From: a bacterium
GTDB lineage: Bacteria; UBA8248
Direction: 5' to 3'
Length of the DNA: 64,000 nt
Assembly (NCBI GenBank): GCA_965204535.1
Contig: CBDBEV010000001.1
Location: 512,001 to 576,000, forward strand
Shown here: positions 38,585 to 48,547 of the stretch, in pieces
How the letters are laid out: every line of letters begins with the position of its first letter
How positions within the stretch are numbered: position 1 is the first letter of the stretch
Made by a program: the position numbers and the translations under genes
Notes under the pieces: model-generated
What the model was told of the DNA's origin: nothing
What the model saw: only the letters and a program-made list of their open reading frames with translations
Databases searched by the model: none

Positions 38585-41500
38585 CTACCACCGCTTCGAG
38601 CCGCGCAGCAGGAGGCCGCCTTCGGGTCTCCCGCCGCCGGCCTGTTCGGTGAGGCTCGCCTCGAGGCTCACCTCCGTGGCCGCCCCGGGCTTCCAGCGCG
38701 CGCCCGCGCGCCAGGTCTCCGCGTTCCCCGAGACCGCCACGCCCGTATAGGGCGTCAGCAGCCCCCGGGGGGCGTCCAGGCCCCAGGCCGCCTCGGCCTC
38801 GAAGCCCGCGGCGCCCGGCTCGAACGCACCGGCAGGCGCCAGGCCCGCCGCCTGCGACCAGAGCCGCTCCGCACCGCCGGCGGAGGCGCCCCAGGACGAG
38901 CCCGCCCGGAGCGAGAGCCCGCGCCCGTCCGAACCCGGCGCGTACCCCACCGAGGCGCTCACGCCCCATTCCTCATAACCGCCCTCGTTGTGGGCGATGA
39001 GGCCGCGCGCTCTCACCTCCGCCGTCAGGGCGCCCGAGGACCAGCGCAGGCCGCCGCCCGCCTCGACGCCCCCGCCCGTCTCCGCGTCGCCCGAATCGTT
39101 CCGGAACCCTATCTCCAGCGAGGGCGTCAGCACCGCATCGCCGAACTTGTACGAGCGCGAACCCTCGAGGGCGAGCCGCACCCGGCTCGTCCCCGCTTCG
39201 GTCTCCGCCAGGCCCGCCGCGGCGTCCGAGCGCGTGTCCGTCACGAGGACGTCCGCGCGGAGGGCGAGCTCGAACCCGCCCGGCCCGCGCGCGGGCAGGA
39301 GGACGCCGCGCGCGCCCCCCGCCGCCATTCCCATCTCGACGTCGGCGTCCATCGACTCAGCCCCCTCGGGCGTGAGCGTCATCCCGCCCGAGCCCAGGCC
39401 CACCACGCCCCAGAGCGAGAACGACCCGCTCACACGGTAGCGCGCGTAGGGGTAGACGCCCGTGAGCGCGCTCTCCACCTCGCCCGCGCCGCCCGCGCCG
39501 TCCGCCCTGTACGAGCCGTCGCCCGAACTCCGCGCGAGCGCCACGCCCACCAGCCAGCGCGCCCGCTCGTAGTCCGCGCCCAGCGCCGCCGTCGTCACGT
39601 CGCCCTCGAGCGTGAGGACGCCCTCCTTGCCGCTGAACGAGGAGCGCGCCCCGCGGCCCCACACCGACCAGCGCCCCGGGGAGGCGCCCGCGTCACCCGC
39701 CGAGGCCATGTGAAACGAACTGCCCAGGAGGAGTTCGCTCATCGAGACCTCGCGCACCGTGAGCGGCGCGTCTTCCCCTCGCTCGAGCCGGGCGCCGGCC
39801 TCGCGCCGGTAGCGTTCCGCCAGGCGCGCGAGGAGCGCCTCGCGGCCGGCGGAGCCGTCCAGGCCCAGTTCCTGCCCGCCCAGCACCATCCCCGCCGCCC
39901 CGGCGCCGCCCTCGATGCGCGCGCTCACCGCTTCCACCACGTTCTCCGCCGCCGTCCGCCCGAAGCGCGCGAGCCACGCCCCCGGCATCGGGTCGTCGTT
40001 CGCGATCACCCCCTTCGCCTCGCGGTGCATCGCGCGCAGGAACGCCCCCTGCGGGTTCGAGAGCTTGAGCACGAACGTCTCCCTGCCCTCGTCGACCGCG
40101 TCGTCGAGCAGCGCCACCGGGACCGTCTTCGCCGTCTCGCCCGCCGCGAAGACGAGCGTGCCCGACGCGGCCGTGTAGTCCGCCCCCGCCGCCGCCGTGC
40201 CGTCGGCCGTCGCGTAGTCCACCGAGACCTCGTGCGACGCCGCGCGGTTCAGCGTCACCGCGAAGTCGAGCGAGGCGTCCTTGCCTTCCTTCGCCCGGGC
40301 GTCCTCGACCCGGACCCGCACCGGGCCGCCGATCTTCGCGACCGGCGCGTTCGCGAGCGCCCGCCCGCCGGACGCGCACACCGCGCCGGCTTCGGCGCAG
40401 CCGCGGCCGTCCGCCAGCGTCACCGTCACGTCGCGCCACGCATCGGGTTTCACCTTCACCCGCCACAGGCCCGCCTCGACCCGCTCCACCTTCCGCGCCT
40501 GGCCGGCGCGCACCTTGAACGACGCCGGGGACGGCGCCACCGCGCCCCCGCCCAGCGCCTCGCTGAAGCGCACGCTCAGCCAGAACGCCGCCTCACCGTC
40601 ATGTTCGGCCGGGACCCCCTCGAACGCCGCCGTCAGCGGCGGACCCGCGCGCGCCACCGTCACCGCGTAAGTCCTCACCGTCCCGTCGGCCGCCGTGACC
40701 TCCACCGCGAGCGCGTTGTCGCCCACCGCGAGCGCGATCGCGCCGCTCGACCCGCCGCCCGCCACCGCGGACAGGTCCGTCCCCTTGCCGGCCTTCACCG
40801 CCGCGCCCGCGTCGTTCGCCGTCGGCGTCAGCCTGGCGTGGGTCGCGCCGTACGCCACCCGCGCGGTGTAGCTCGTGGTCGCCGGCGAGAACGCCGGGCT
40901 CAGCGCGAGCGCGCCGTCGAACGACGCGCCGTCGCCGCTCGTGCTCCCGGTCAAGGCGCGCAAGCTCGCGTCGGAGGACGCCTGCTGCTGCTGCGCCCCG
41001 TCGTCGGTAATCGTCACCTCCACCGAGGACGTGGCGCCCGCGCTCAGCCCCGAAGGCAGGCTCCCCAGCGCCACCGTGAACGTCTCGTCGTCCCCGTCCT
41101 CGTCGTCGTTCGTCGGGATCGCGCCCGTGGCCGACGTGAAGCCGGCGGGCAACGCGATCGACGCGAGCGTCCCGTGGTCCCCGTCCTCCGACGTGCCCCG
41201 GGTCACGGTGAGCGGGATCGTCACGTCCGCCGCCAGCGCCTTCGCCAGCACCGCCGTCACCGTGACCGGGGAGCCCTCCGCCACCGGGTTCGGGGCGGCC
41301 GACAGCGAGACCGCGACCGCGGCCGGCGCCCCGGTCACGTCGATGCGGTAGGTCTTCCGGCCGCTCGAACCGACCGCCATCACCCACAGCTCGGTCGTGC
41401 CGCCGTCCGGCGCGAGCGCCAGCGCGACGGCCGTGCCCGACGGCCGCACCCGCGCCGGGCGCGTGAACGTCGTCGCGCCCCAGCGCGAGCCCGCGAACAC

Positions 41501-44500
41501 GCTCGCCTCGCCGCCCCAGCGCGGCGCCAGCGTCACGCCCGCCGTCCCCGCCGGCACCGACGCCCGGTAGAACGTCACCCCCGGCGCGAACGCCGGGCTC
41601 AGCTCCACCGCCCCCGAACCGGCCGTGAGCGCGAGCCCGCACAGCGGTCCCGCCCCGGCCTCGCAGGCCGGCCGGGCCAGCACCTGCGTCTCCGGCTCCT
41701 TCGCCGCGTCGCCCCGCACCACCGTCAGGGTGTACTTCCGCACCGCCGTCACCTTCGGCACCGACACCTCGATGATGACCGGGTTCTCGCCCTCCTTCAG
41801 CGGCACGTCGACCGCCGGCGTGCCGGAGTCCACCCGCTTCCCGTTCACCTTCACCGCCGCCGACGCGTACTTCACCGCCGGCTTCACCGTCACCCGCTCC
41901 ACCGCGAGCGGCACCCGCACCTCGTAGCTGCTGCTCTTCGCCTCGAGCGCCACCTCGCCCTGCGCCACCCGCTGCGCCGGGTCCGGCGAGGTCACCGTCA
42001 GCGCGCGCAGGTCCAGGCCCCCCGGCCCCGGCAGCGCCAGGTTCGGCGCCGTCAGCCGCGGCGCGTAGGAAGACGCGCGAAGCTCCAGGCGCGGCCCGCC
42101 CCCCCGCAGCACGCACAGCTTCGCCGTCGCCTCCCGCCCGCCGGGCGGGATCTCCACCCTCCCATACCCGGTGATGGGCGAGGGCAGGGTCCGGGCGGCG
42201 GCGGTCCCGCCGCACGCGCCCCACGACGCCGCCCCGACGCCATTGAGGCCGAGGTGCACCGTCATCCCCGGCGCGCTCGGCCGGTCGAGCCGCACGGTCA
42301 CCGTCACCGTGCCGCCCGCCGCCACGGCCTGCGGGTCCGCCTCCACGACGAGCGCCGTCGGCGGGTTCGGCCCCTGCACCCGCACCTTGACGCCCGCCGC
42401 CGTCAGCGCCGGGTCGTGGGTCCCCGCCGTCACCGTCATCGTCCGCCCCGCGCCCGCCGCGGTCGCGCACAGCTTCACCGTCGCCTCCCGCTCGCCGGCG
42501 GCAACCATGTCGGCCGTGCCGTGCTCCCAGGCGCAGTCCGGGCCCCAGCGCGCCGCGCCGCCGTCGCCCGCGGTGTCGAACCACACATCCATCGCCTTCA
42601 TCGCCGGGGCGTCCAGCCGCGCCGTCACCGTCACCGCGCCGCCATGCGCGAGGGCGACGGGGTCCACGCTCAGCGTCAGCGACGCCGGCGGCGCCGGCGC
42701 CCGCGGCGTGCCCGCGCCGGTGGACCAGCGAACGGGGGTCTCATGGGGATAGGCTAACGGACGCACCCGCACGTCGTAGGCCGTGCCGTTGGCCAGCCCC
42801 CCGATCGTGTACGCCGTGCCGGTAGCGTACAAGGTCTGGGGCACGCCATTGACAATCCGCGCGCGCCCGGGCGCCACCCAGCCGGTCGAGGGGTCGCCCG
42901 GCGTCGTCGCGTCCGCGTCCGGCGCCGAGGACACCTTCCACTGCACCTCGTAGCTATGGTTCGGCCCCCACGGCCTGTTCCACGTCAGCGCCAGCGACCC
43001 GTCGCCCGTCGCCACCGACAGCACCAGGCCCGCGCTCGGGCCGGCCGAGACCGGGGTCCTGCCCGGGGCGTCGTCGTCGGCGATCCTCACCGTCACCGAG
43101 TTCGGCGTGCCCGCCGACACCGACGAGGGCAGCGTGCCCAGCGACACCGTGAAGGTCTCGTCCTCGGTGTCGTCGTCCTGCGCCGTGGTGAGCGTGCCCG
43201 TGCCCGTCGTGGACCCGCCGGCAATCGCGATCGACGCGAGCGTGCCGATGTCGCCGGACTCCGCGCTGCCCAGGCTCACCGTCACCGGGATGGAGACGGC
43301 GCCCGTCAGCGCCGCCGACAGCGTCGCCGTCACGGTCACCGAAGACCCCTCCGCCACCGGGTTCGGCGCCGCCGACAGCGAGACCGCCGGGGTCGTGGCG
43401 GGCGGGGTCGTGCCCGAGGCCGCCCGCGTCACCGTCACGGTGTAGGCGACCTTCGTCGTGCCGTCCTGCGCCGTCACCTCGACCTTGATGGCGTTCGCGC
43501 CCTCCGAGAGCGCGATGGCCGTGCTCTCCGTGCCGCTGGTCACCGCCGAGAGGTTCGTCCCCTTGCCGACCTTGATCGAGGCGCCCGTGTGCGCCTTCGT
43601 CGGCGTCAGCTTCACGTGCGTGACGCCGTTGGCCACCGAGGCGGTGTAGGCGGTCGTGGACGCCGAGAAGGTCGACGGGCTCAGCGTCAGCGCAGTGAAG
43701 GTCGAGCCGTCCGTGCTGCTCTTCGCCGTCAGGGCGCTCAGGTTGGCGTTGGAGGACTGGGTGGACTTCTTGAGCACCACCAGGTAGTTGGTGCTCTTGC
43801 GCGCGTTGTTGTCTCGGATCTCCACCGACACCCAGGTATCCCCGCTGGCGGCCAGGGTCACCGTCTTCGACGTGCCCGAGGAGGCGAGCTTGGACCCCGC
43901 CTGGGTCAGGATGCTGTCGTAGTCCGGCGTCGTCGAGGCGACCTTCGTCTCGATGAAGTGGCCCTCGATCCAGGTGGGGGTGACCGAGGCGCTGGTGGCC
44001 GTGGGCGCCACGGTCCCGGTGTACATCGTCGTGCTCGTGGCGAAGGCCGGGCTCAGCGTGACCGCGCTGCCGCCCACCGTCAGCGACAGCCCGACCAGGC
44101 TGTCCGTGTTCGCCTCGTCGTCCCGGATGGTCACCGTCACCGAGTTCGGCGTGCCCGCCGACACCGACGAGGGCAGCGGCGTCCCCAGCGACACCGTGAA
44201 GGTCTCGTGGTCGGCGTCGGTGTCCTGCGCCGTGGTGATGGTGGCGCCGCCGAAGGTGAGCCCCCCGAGGACGGTGATGCTGGTCAGCGTGCCGATGTCG
44301 CCCGCCTCCGCCGAGCCCCGCGTCACCGTCACCGGGATGACCACGTCGCTGCCGAGCGCCGCGGACAGCGTCGCCACGATGGTCGCCGACGAGCCCTCCG
44401 CCACCACGTTGCTCTGGTCGACCGACAGCGAGACCGTCGGGGTCGCGGCGGGCGGGGTCGTGCCCGAGGCCGCCCGGGTCACGGTCACGGTATAGGTCCG

Positions 44501-46969
44501 CTTCGTCGTGCCGTCCTCGGCCGTGACCTCGACCTTGATCGCGTTCGCGCCCTCCGAGAGCGCGATGGCCGAGGTCTCCGTGCCGCTCGTCACCGCGGTC
44601 AGGCTCGTGCCCTTGCCGACCTTGATGGAGGCGCCGGTGTGCGCCTTCGTCGGCGTCAGCTTCACGTGCGTGATACTGTTCGCCACCGAGGCGGTGTACG
44701 AGGTCGTCGTCGCCGAGAAGGTCGACGGGGTCAGCGCGAGCGCCGAGAACGTGCCCGCCGCGCTCGCCGCGCTCTTCACCGTCAGACCGCTCAGCTCCGA
44801 GTTGGTGGATTGGGTGGCCCCCTTGACCGCGCCGTTGACGCGGATCTTCAACTCGACCGAATTGGTTCTCCAGGCGGTGCCGGCACGGCCGTGGCGCGTG
44901 TCCCCGATGCTCCAGCCCGATGCGCTGCCCGAATCCTCGTTGTTGGTCCTCGTGGTCCGCAGCGACCCGGTGGTGGCGCCGCTCCTGTAGACGACCACGA
45001 AATACGAGGTGCTCGCGGCGAGCGACGTGTTCGACGGCGCGGCAAAGGCGACCGCGCCCGCCCCGACCGTCGACGGGACCGTGAGGCTCGCGAGCTTCGA
45101 GTCCGGAGCGCCGGCGCCGGTCGCCGACCACAGCTCCGCCCGCAGGTTCGCAGGCGTGCCCACCGCGGCGGCGAAGTCGATCTCGAGGCTCGCCAGCGTG
45201 TAGCCGGCGGTGGCGCTTCCGGTCGTGAACTTCTGGGCGACCGGATTGCTGCCGACCGTGACGGTGGGCGTGAACGTGGTCTGCCCGAGATTGCTCACCA
45301 GCGCGTTGGCGGAGGCGGGCGCGGCGGTCGAGGTGTCGGCGATGGTTATCGTCGTCTTCTCGCTCGCGCGGACCACCGTGTAGGGCTCGCCGGTGACTTT
45401 CTGCAGGAACCAGGTCGCGGTCTCGGCGCCCTCCGTCGTCCCGTCCGCCACCGCGGCCAGCGTGAAGGTCGCGGTCGTGGCGTTGGCCGGCAGCGCCAGC
45501 ATCCGCGAGCCCGCGCGCCCGGTCAGCCCGCTGAAGGTGTAGTCCTCGGGATTGTTGGACGAGCTCGGGGTCGTCGCCAGGACGGCGACCCTGCTGGCCG
45601 TGGTCAGCGCGGGCGAGATGTTCACCGTCAGCGTGACGCTCGCGCCCTCGTTGACGCTGTAGGTCGTCGAGGCGAAGCTCACCTGCGGGGTCGTCGCGGC
45701 CGCGCAGGACGCGGCGATTTTCAGGGAGACCGGCGTGCCGGCGGTCCAGCCCGGGTTGGTGCTGGTAAGAATCTGGCTGGGAGCAATACCGATTGAATAC
45801 CCGGTCGTGCCGACGCAGAACTTCAGCGCCCGGAGCGCGGCATTCGGGGCAGCGTTGAAACTCACCCCCAGACCAAGGCCGGAGGAGGCCGCTATTTCGG
45901 TGAAATGATATGCGGTGCCGCCAACCGTGAAGCTGTTGTCCGTCAGCCGCGTATCGCAGTTGGTCTTGGACGTGCACCCGATCACATTGTTACCGCTCGC
46001 CGGCGTCAGCGTCGCCGACCAGGGCGCGGTGGTAGTCGAGGACGCCCGGGTCACGGTGACGGTATAGGTCCGCTTCGTCGTGCCGTCCTCGGCCGTCACC
46101 TCGACCTTGATGGCGTTGGCGCCCGCGTCCAGGGCGATGGCGCCGCTCTCCGAGCCGCTGGCCACCGCGGTCAGGCTCGTGCCCTTGCCGACCTTGACCG
46201 TGGCCTTGCCGGTGGCCTCCACCGTCGGCGTCAGCTTCACGTGCGTGACGCCGTTGGCCACCGAGGCGGTGTAGGCGAGGGTCGCCTTGGCGAAGGTCGA
46301 CGGGCTCAGCGCGAGCGCCGAGAACGACGCCGTCGCGCTCGTCGCGCTCTTCGCCGTCAGGGCGCTCAGGTTCGCGTTGGTGGACAGCGCGGCCCCCCTG
46401 GCCGAGCCGTTGACGCGGATCAGCCGGGTCTCGGTCCAGGTCGACCAGCCGCTCGGGGGGTTGCCGCCGCTGCCCGCGCCGAAACGGCTCGTGTCGGCGA
46501 CGCTCCAGCCGGTCGCGGCGCCGCTGTCCTCGTTGTCGCTGGCCGTGTTCAGGATCTGGAATTGCATGTTGGTGGCGGGGGACCGGCTCGCGGCGCCGCC
46601 GATGACGAAGTAGTAGGTGGTGTTCGCCGCGAGCCGGGTGCCCGCCGGCGCCGCGAAGACGATGTTGGCGGGGGTGGCGCCGCTGGCCGTGATGGTGGCC
46701 GGCACCGTCAGGTCCGCGAGCTTCACGCCCGGGTTGCCGGTGACGTCCGACCAGAGCTGCGCCCGGAGCTCGCCCGGTGCGGCCTCGGGCTGGTTGGTGC
46801 GCGCCTCGATGCTGGTCAGCGTGTAGCCGGCCGTGTGGCTCCCGGTGGTGAACGCCTGGGCGTGCCACCGGTTGGCCCACACCCGGCCCCCGCCGGCGGC
46901 CGCGGTCTGCCCGACGGTGCTCACCAGCACGTCGGCGGAGGCGGGCGCGGCGGCGAACGGGGAGAACAT
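38585..46969 (-). CDS. Giant autotransporter-type adhesin (cadherin-like beta-sandwich, Calx-beta and FN3 repeats); 5' end disrupted
   Basis: 2794 aa. Repeated NANLSALT...IKVEVTAEDGTTKRTYTVTVTR modules, DDTEDETFTVSL Calx-beta motifs, FN3 (LTW..YEVQWK..GLANGTAYDVRV) and a C-terminal barrel ending RGSKRW. The signal peptide WRRLALLPVLALLLGMFSPFAAAPASA begins upstream of the ATG with no standard in-frame start. Confidence 0.88.
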   Translation of the reverse strand: MFSPFAAAPASADVLVSTVGQTAAAGGGRVWANRWHAQAFTTGSHTAGYTLTSIEARTNQPEAAPGELRAQLWSDVTGNPGVKLADLTVPATITASGATPANIVFAAPAGTRLAANTTYYFVIGGAASRSPATNMQFQILNTASDNEDSGAATGWSVADTSRFGAGSGGNPPSGWSTWTETRLIRVNGSARGAALSTNANLSALTAKSATSATASFSALALSPSTFAKATLAYTASVANGVTHVKLTPTVEATGKATVKVGKGTSLTAVASGSESGAIALDAGANAIKVEVTAEDGTTKRTYTVTVTRASSTTTAPWSATLTPASGNNVIGCTSKTNCDTRLTDNSFTVGGTAYHFTEIAASSGLGLGVSFNAAPNAALRALKFCVGTTGYSIGIAPSQILTSTNPGWTAGTPVSLKIAASCAAATTPQVSFASTTYSVNEGASVTLTVNISPALTTASRVAVLATTPSSSNNPEDYTFSGLTGRAGSRMLALPANATTATFTLAAVADGTTEGAETATWFLQKVTGEPYTVVRASEKTTITIADTSTAAPASANALVSNLGQTTFTPTVTVGSNPVAQKFTTGSATAGYTLASLEIDFAAAVGTPANLRAELWSATGAGAPDSKLASLTVPSTVGAGAVAFAAPSNTSLAASTSYFVVVYRSGATTGSLRTTRTNNEDSGSASGWSIGDTRHGRAGTAWRTNSVELKIRVNGAVKGATQSTNSELSGLTVKSAASAAGTFSALALTPSTFSATTTSYTASVANSITHVKLTPTKAHTGASIKVGKGTSLTAVTSGTETSAIALSEGANAIKVEVTAEDGTTKRTYTVTVTRAASGTTPPAATPTVSLSVDQSNVVAEGSSATIVATLSAALGSDVVIPVTVTRGSAEAGDIGTLTSITVLGGLTFGGATITTAQDTDADHETFTVSLGTPLPSSVSAGTPNSVTVTIRDDEANTDSLVGLSLTVGGSAVTLSPAFATSTTMYTGTVAPTATSASVTPTWIEGHFIETKVASTTPDYDSILTQAGSKLASSGTSKTVTLAASGDTWVSVEIRDNNARKSTNYLVVLKKSTQSSNANLSALTAKSSTDGSTFTALTLSPSTFSASTTAYTASVANGVTHVKLTPTKAHTGASIKVGKGTNLSAVTSGTESTAIALSEGANAIKVEVTAQDGTTKVAYTVTVTRAASGTTPPATTPAVSLSAAPNPVAEGSSVTVTATLSAALTGAVSIPVTVSLGSAESGDIGTLASIAIAGGSTTGTGTLTTAQDDDTEDETFTVSLGTLPSSVSAGTPNSVTVRIADDDAPGRTPVSAGPSAGLVLSVATGDGSLALTWNRPWGPNHSYEVQWKVSSAPDADATTPGDPSTGWVAPGRARIVNGVPQTLYATGTAYTIGGLANGTAYDVRVRPLAYPHETPVRWSTGAGTPRAPAPPASLTLSVDPVALAHGGAVTVTARLDAPAMKAMDVWFDTAGDGGAARWGPDCAWEHGTADMVAAGEREATVKLCATAAGAGRTMTVTAGTHDPALTAAGVKVRVQGPNPPTALVVEADPQAVAAGGTVTVTVRLDRPSAPGMTVHLGLNGVGAASWGACGGTAAARTLPSPITGYGRVEIPPGGREATAKLCVLRGGGPRLELRASSYAPRLTAPNLALPGPGGLDLRALTVTSPDPAQRVAQGEVALEAKSSSYEVRVPLAVERVTVKPAVKYASAAVKVNGKRVDSGTPAVDVPLKEGENPVIIEVSVPKVTAVRKYTLTVVRGDAAKEPETQVLARPACEAGAGPLCGLALTAGSGAVELSPAFAPGVTFYRASVPAGTAGVTLAPRWGGEASVFAGSRWGATTFTRPARVRPSGTAVALALAPDGGTTELWVMAVGSSGRKTYRIDVTGAPAAVAVSLSAAPNPVAEGSPVTVTAVLAKALAADVTIPLTVTRGTSEDGDHGTLASIALPAGFTSATGAIPTNDDEDGDDETFTVALGSLPSGLSAGATSSVEVTITDDGAQQQQASSDASLRALTGSTSGDGASFDGALALSPAFSPATTSYTARVAYGATHARLTPTANDAGAAVKAGKGTDLSAVAGGGSSGAIALAVGDNALAVEVTAADGTVRTYAVTVARAGPPLTAAFEGVPAEHDGEAAFWLSVRFSEALGGGAVAPSPASFKVRAGQARKVERVEAGLWRVKVKPDAWRDVTVTLADGRGCAEAGAVCASGGRALANAPVAKIGGPVRVRVEDARAKEGKDASLDFAVTLNRAASHEVSVDYATADGTAAAGADYTAASGTLVFAAGETAKTVPVALLDDAVDEGRETFVLKLSNPQGAFLRAMHREAKGVIANDDPMPGAWLARFGRTAAENVVEAVSARIEGGAGAAGMVLGGQELGLDGSAGREALLARLAERYRREAGARLERGEDAPLTVREVSMSELLLGSSFHMASAGDAGASPGRWSVWGRGARSSFSGKEGVLTLEGDVTTAALGADYERARWLVGVALARSSGDGSYRADGAGGAGEVESALTGVYPYARYRVSGSFSLWGVVGLGSGGMTLTPEGAESMDADVEMGMAAGGARGVLLPARGPGGFELALRADVLVTDTRSDAAAGLAETEAGTSRVRLALEGSRSYKFGDAVLTPSLEIGFRNDSGDAETGGGVEAGGGLRWSSGALTAEVRARGLIAHNEGGYEEWGVSASVGYAPGSDGRGLSLRAGSSWGASAGGAERLWSQAAGLAPAGAFEPGAAGFEAEAAWGLDAPRGLLTPYTGVAVSGNAETWRAGARWKPGAATEVSLEASLTEQAGGGRPEGGLLLRGSKRW

Positions 46970-47141
46970 CCCGAGCAGCAGCGCGAGGACGGGGAGCAGC
47001 GCGAGGCGGCGCCACGCGGACGCGGCCCGGGACCGACGGAGCGGCGGCGCGGCCGGAAAGACAGCGCGCCGGAGAGGTCAGGCGGGAGGACGGGACGCGC
47101 GAGCGGGCCACGGGCTCAGACCCCCTCAGACGCGGACGCAA

Positions 47142-47197
47142 CTCGGCTCTCGGCTCTCGGCTCTCGGCTCTCGGCTCTCGGCTCTCGGCTCTCGGCT
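47142..47197 (-). repeat. Heptanucleotide simple sequence repeat (AGCCGAG)8
   Basis: Eight exact CTCGGCT units on the + strand. Confidence 0.97.
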
Positions 47198-47271
47198 CTT
47201 CTCTAATCGGGACGAGCAAGTCAAGTTCCTCTGCCCTGGTTTTTCCGGATCTTTCCGCCTTGGCTTTAGAC

Positions 47272-47447
47272 GATGCTCCATGGGGGTCTCGCTTCTCTAC
47301 GTGATCGGCTCCCGGTCCGGGGCCGTCAACAGGATGGGGTCGGAGAACGAGGTGGAACAATCTCTCATACGCCCTCGCACCGTCACCGACGGAGCGGAAC
47401 TGAGCCGACAGCGAACTCACCTCGTCCCTCGTCCCCACGGGAGCATC
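47272..47447 (-). ncRNA. Bridge RNA/seekRNA of the IS1111-type element (boundaries approximate)
   Basis: Closing stem GATGCTCCCGTGGGG/CCCCATGGAGCATC and inner stem ACGAGGTG/CACCTCGT. Guides TCGGCTC and TATGAGAG match the target; ACCCCATC and TAGAGAAG match the donor junction. Confidence 0.85.
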
Positions 47448-47506
47448 CTCTGCCATAGCGGAAGCTACTGTAATTTTCGGATTCTTCTCCTTTTGGATTC
47501 CCGATG

Positions 47507-48547
47507 TCAGGAGGCTACGTCATCCACGCCGTCGCGTTTCCAGCGGAACTCACTGCCGTCCATCCATATGCGGTGCATAATGACGCCGAGCCGGCGGGCG
47601 AGCGCAACCTTCGCGCGCGCCTTGCCGCGACGCTTCGCCACACCCATCGCCCAGGCTTTCAGCCACGACCACCGCGTCGTGCGCCCGAGCAAGGCGTTGG
47701 CGGCTTCGTAGAGCGCCGCGCGCATCATCGCGTCGCCGCACTTGGAGATTCTTCCCGTTCGGTCGACCTCTCCGGATTGCCATTTGCGAGGCACAAGCCC
47801 GAAGTGCGCGCCCACCGAGCGCGAGCGCGCAAAACGCGACGGCACGTCGACGCTCGCCCGGAAGGTCAGCGCCGTCACCGGACCCACGCCGGGGACCGTC
47901 ATCAGGCGACGGCAGACCGGGTCGACGCGCACCGCCTCCAGCATCATCCTGTGCAGCCGGACGTATTCCGCCAGCAACGCAGAGCGAGCCCGCAGCATCG
48001 GCGCCACCAGGCGCGCCAACTCCGGGCGATCCGCGACCAGACCCCCTACCCGCGCCTCCAGCCCGCGGCGGGAGACCTTGCCCATCTTCAGTCCGAAGTT
48101 GCGCAACGTGCCCCGGATGTGGGCCTCGGCGTCGCACAACTGCTTCAGCATGAACCTGCGGTTGGCGAGGAGCATGCGTTTCTCCTGGCTCGACACCGTC
48201 TTCACGTGCACCGGGCGAATCAGGTTCGCGCGAACCAGCTGGGCGATCCCGCGCGCGTCGTCGCGGTCGCTCTTGTTCACCGTGGCCGAGAGCACCGCCT
48301 TCAACTGCCGCGTCTCGGCGCAAACCACCGGGAGCCCGGCCTCGGCCAGGCCGTCATGGAGCCACTGCGACAGCGGCCCCGCCTCGAGGCAGATGCGCTT
48401 CACGCCGAAGTCCAGCCCGGTGAAGAACGCCGCGAGGGCCGCGGGTTCGCTCGCGACCTTCGCCTCCCGGACGATCCCGCCGTCCACGTCCACCACGCAC
48501 ACACTCGTCCACTCCAACGACACGTCGAGTCCTGCAAAGTAGTTCAT
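47507..48547 (-). CDS. IS110-family recombinase/transposase
   Basis: DEDD RuvC domain (GLDVS, LEAG, KSDRDDA) and Tnp domain (VPGVGPVTA, QSGE, GRISKCGD). AGGAGG RBS before MNYF. Confidence 0.95.
   Translation of the reverse strand: MNYFAGLDVSLEWTSVCVVDVDGGIVREAKVASEPAALAAFFTGLDFGVKRICLEAGPLSQWLHDGLAEAGLPVVCAETRQLKAVLSATVNKSDRDDARGIAQLVRANLIRPVHVKTVSSQEKRMLLANRRFMLKQLCDAEAHIRGTLRNFGLKMGKVSRRGLEARVGGLVADRPELARLVAPMLRARSALLAEYVRLHRMMLEAVRVDPVCRRLMTVPGVGPVTALTFRASVDVPSRFARSRSVGAHFGLVPRKWQSGEVDRTGRISKCGDAMMRAALYEAANALLGRTTRWSWLKAWAMGVAKRRGKARAKVALARRLGVIMHRIWMDGSEFRWKRDGVDDVAS

Noticed and set aside
47142-47281. ATG 47281 as the adhesin start, switched by repeat number alone
   Set aside because: This ATG lies inside the IS end, and the adhesin frame has stops at 47126-28 and 47078-80 downstream of the tract.
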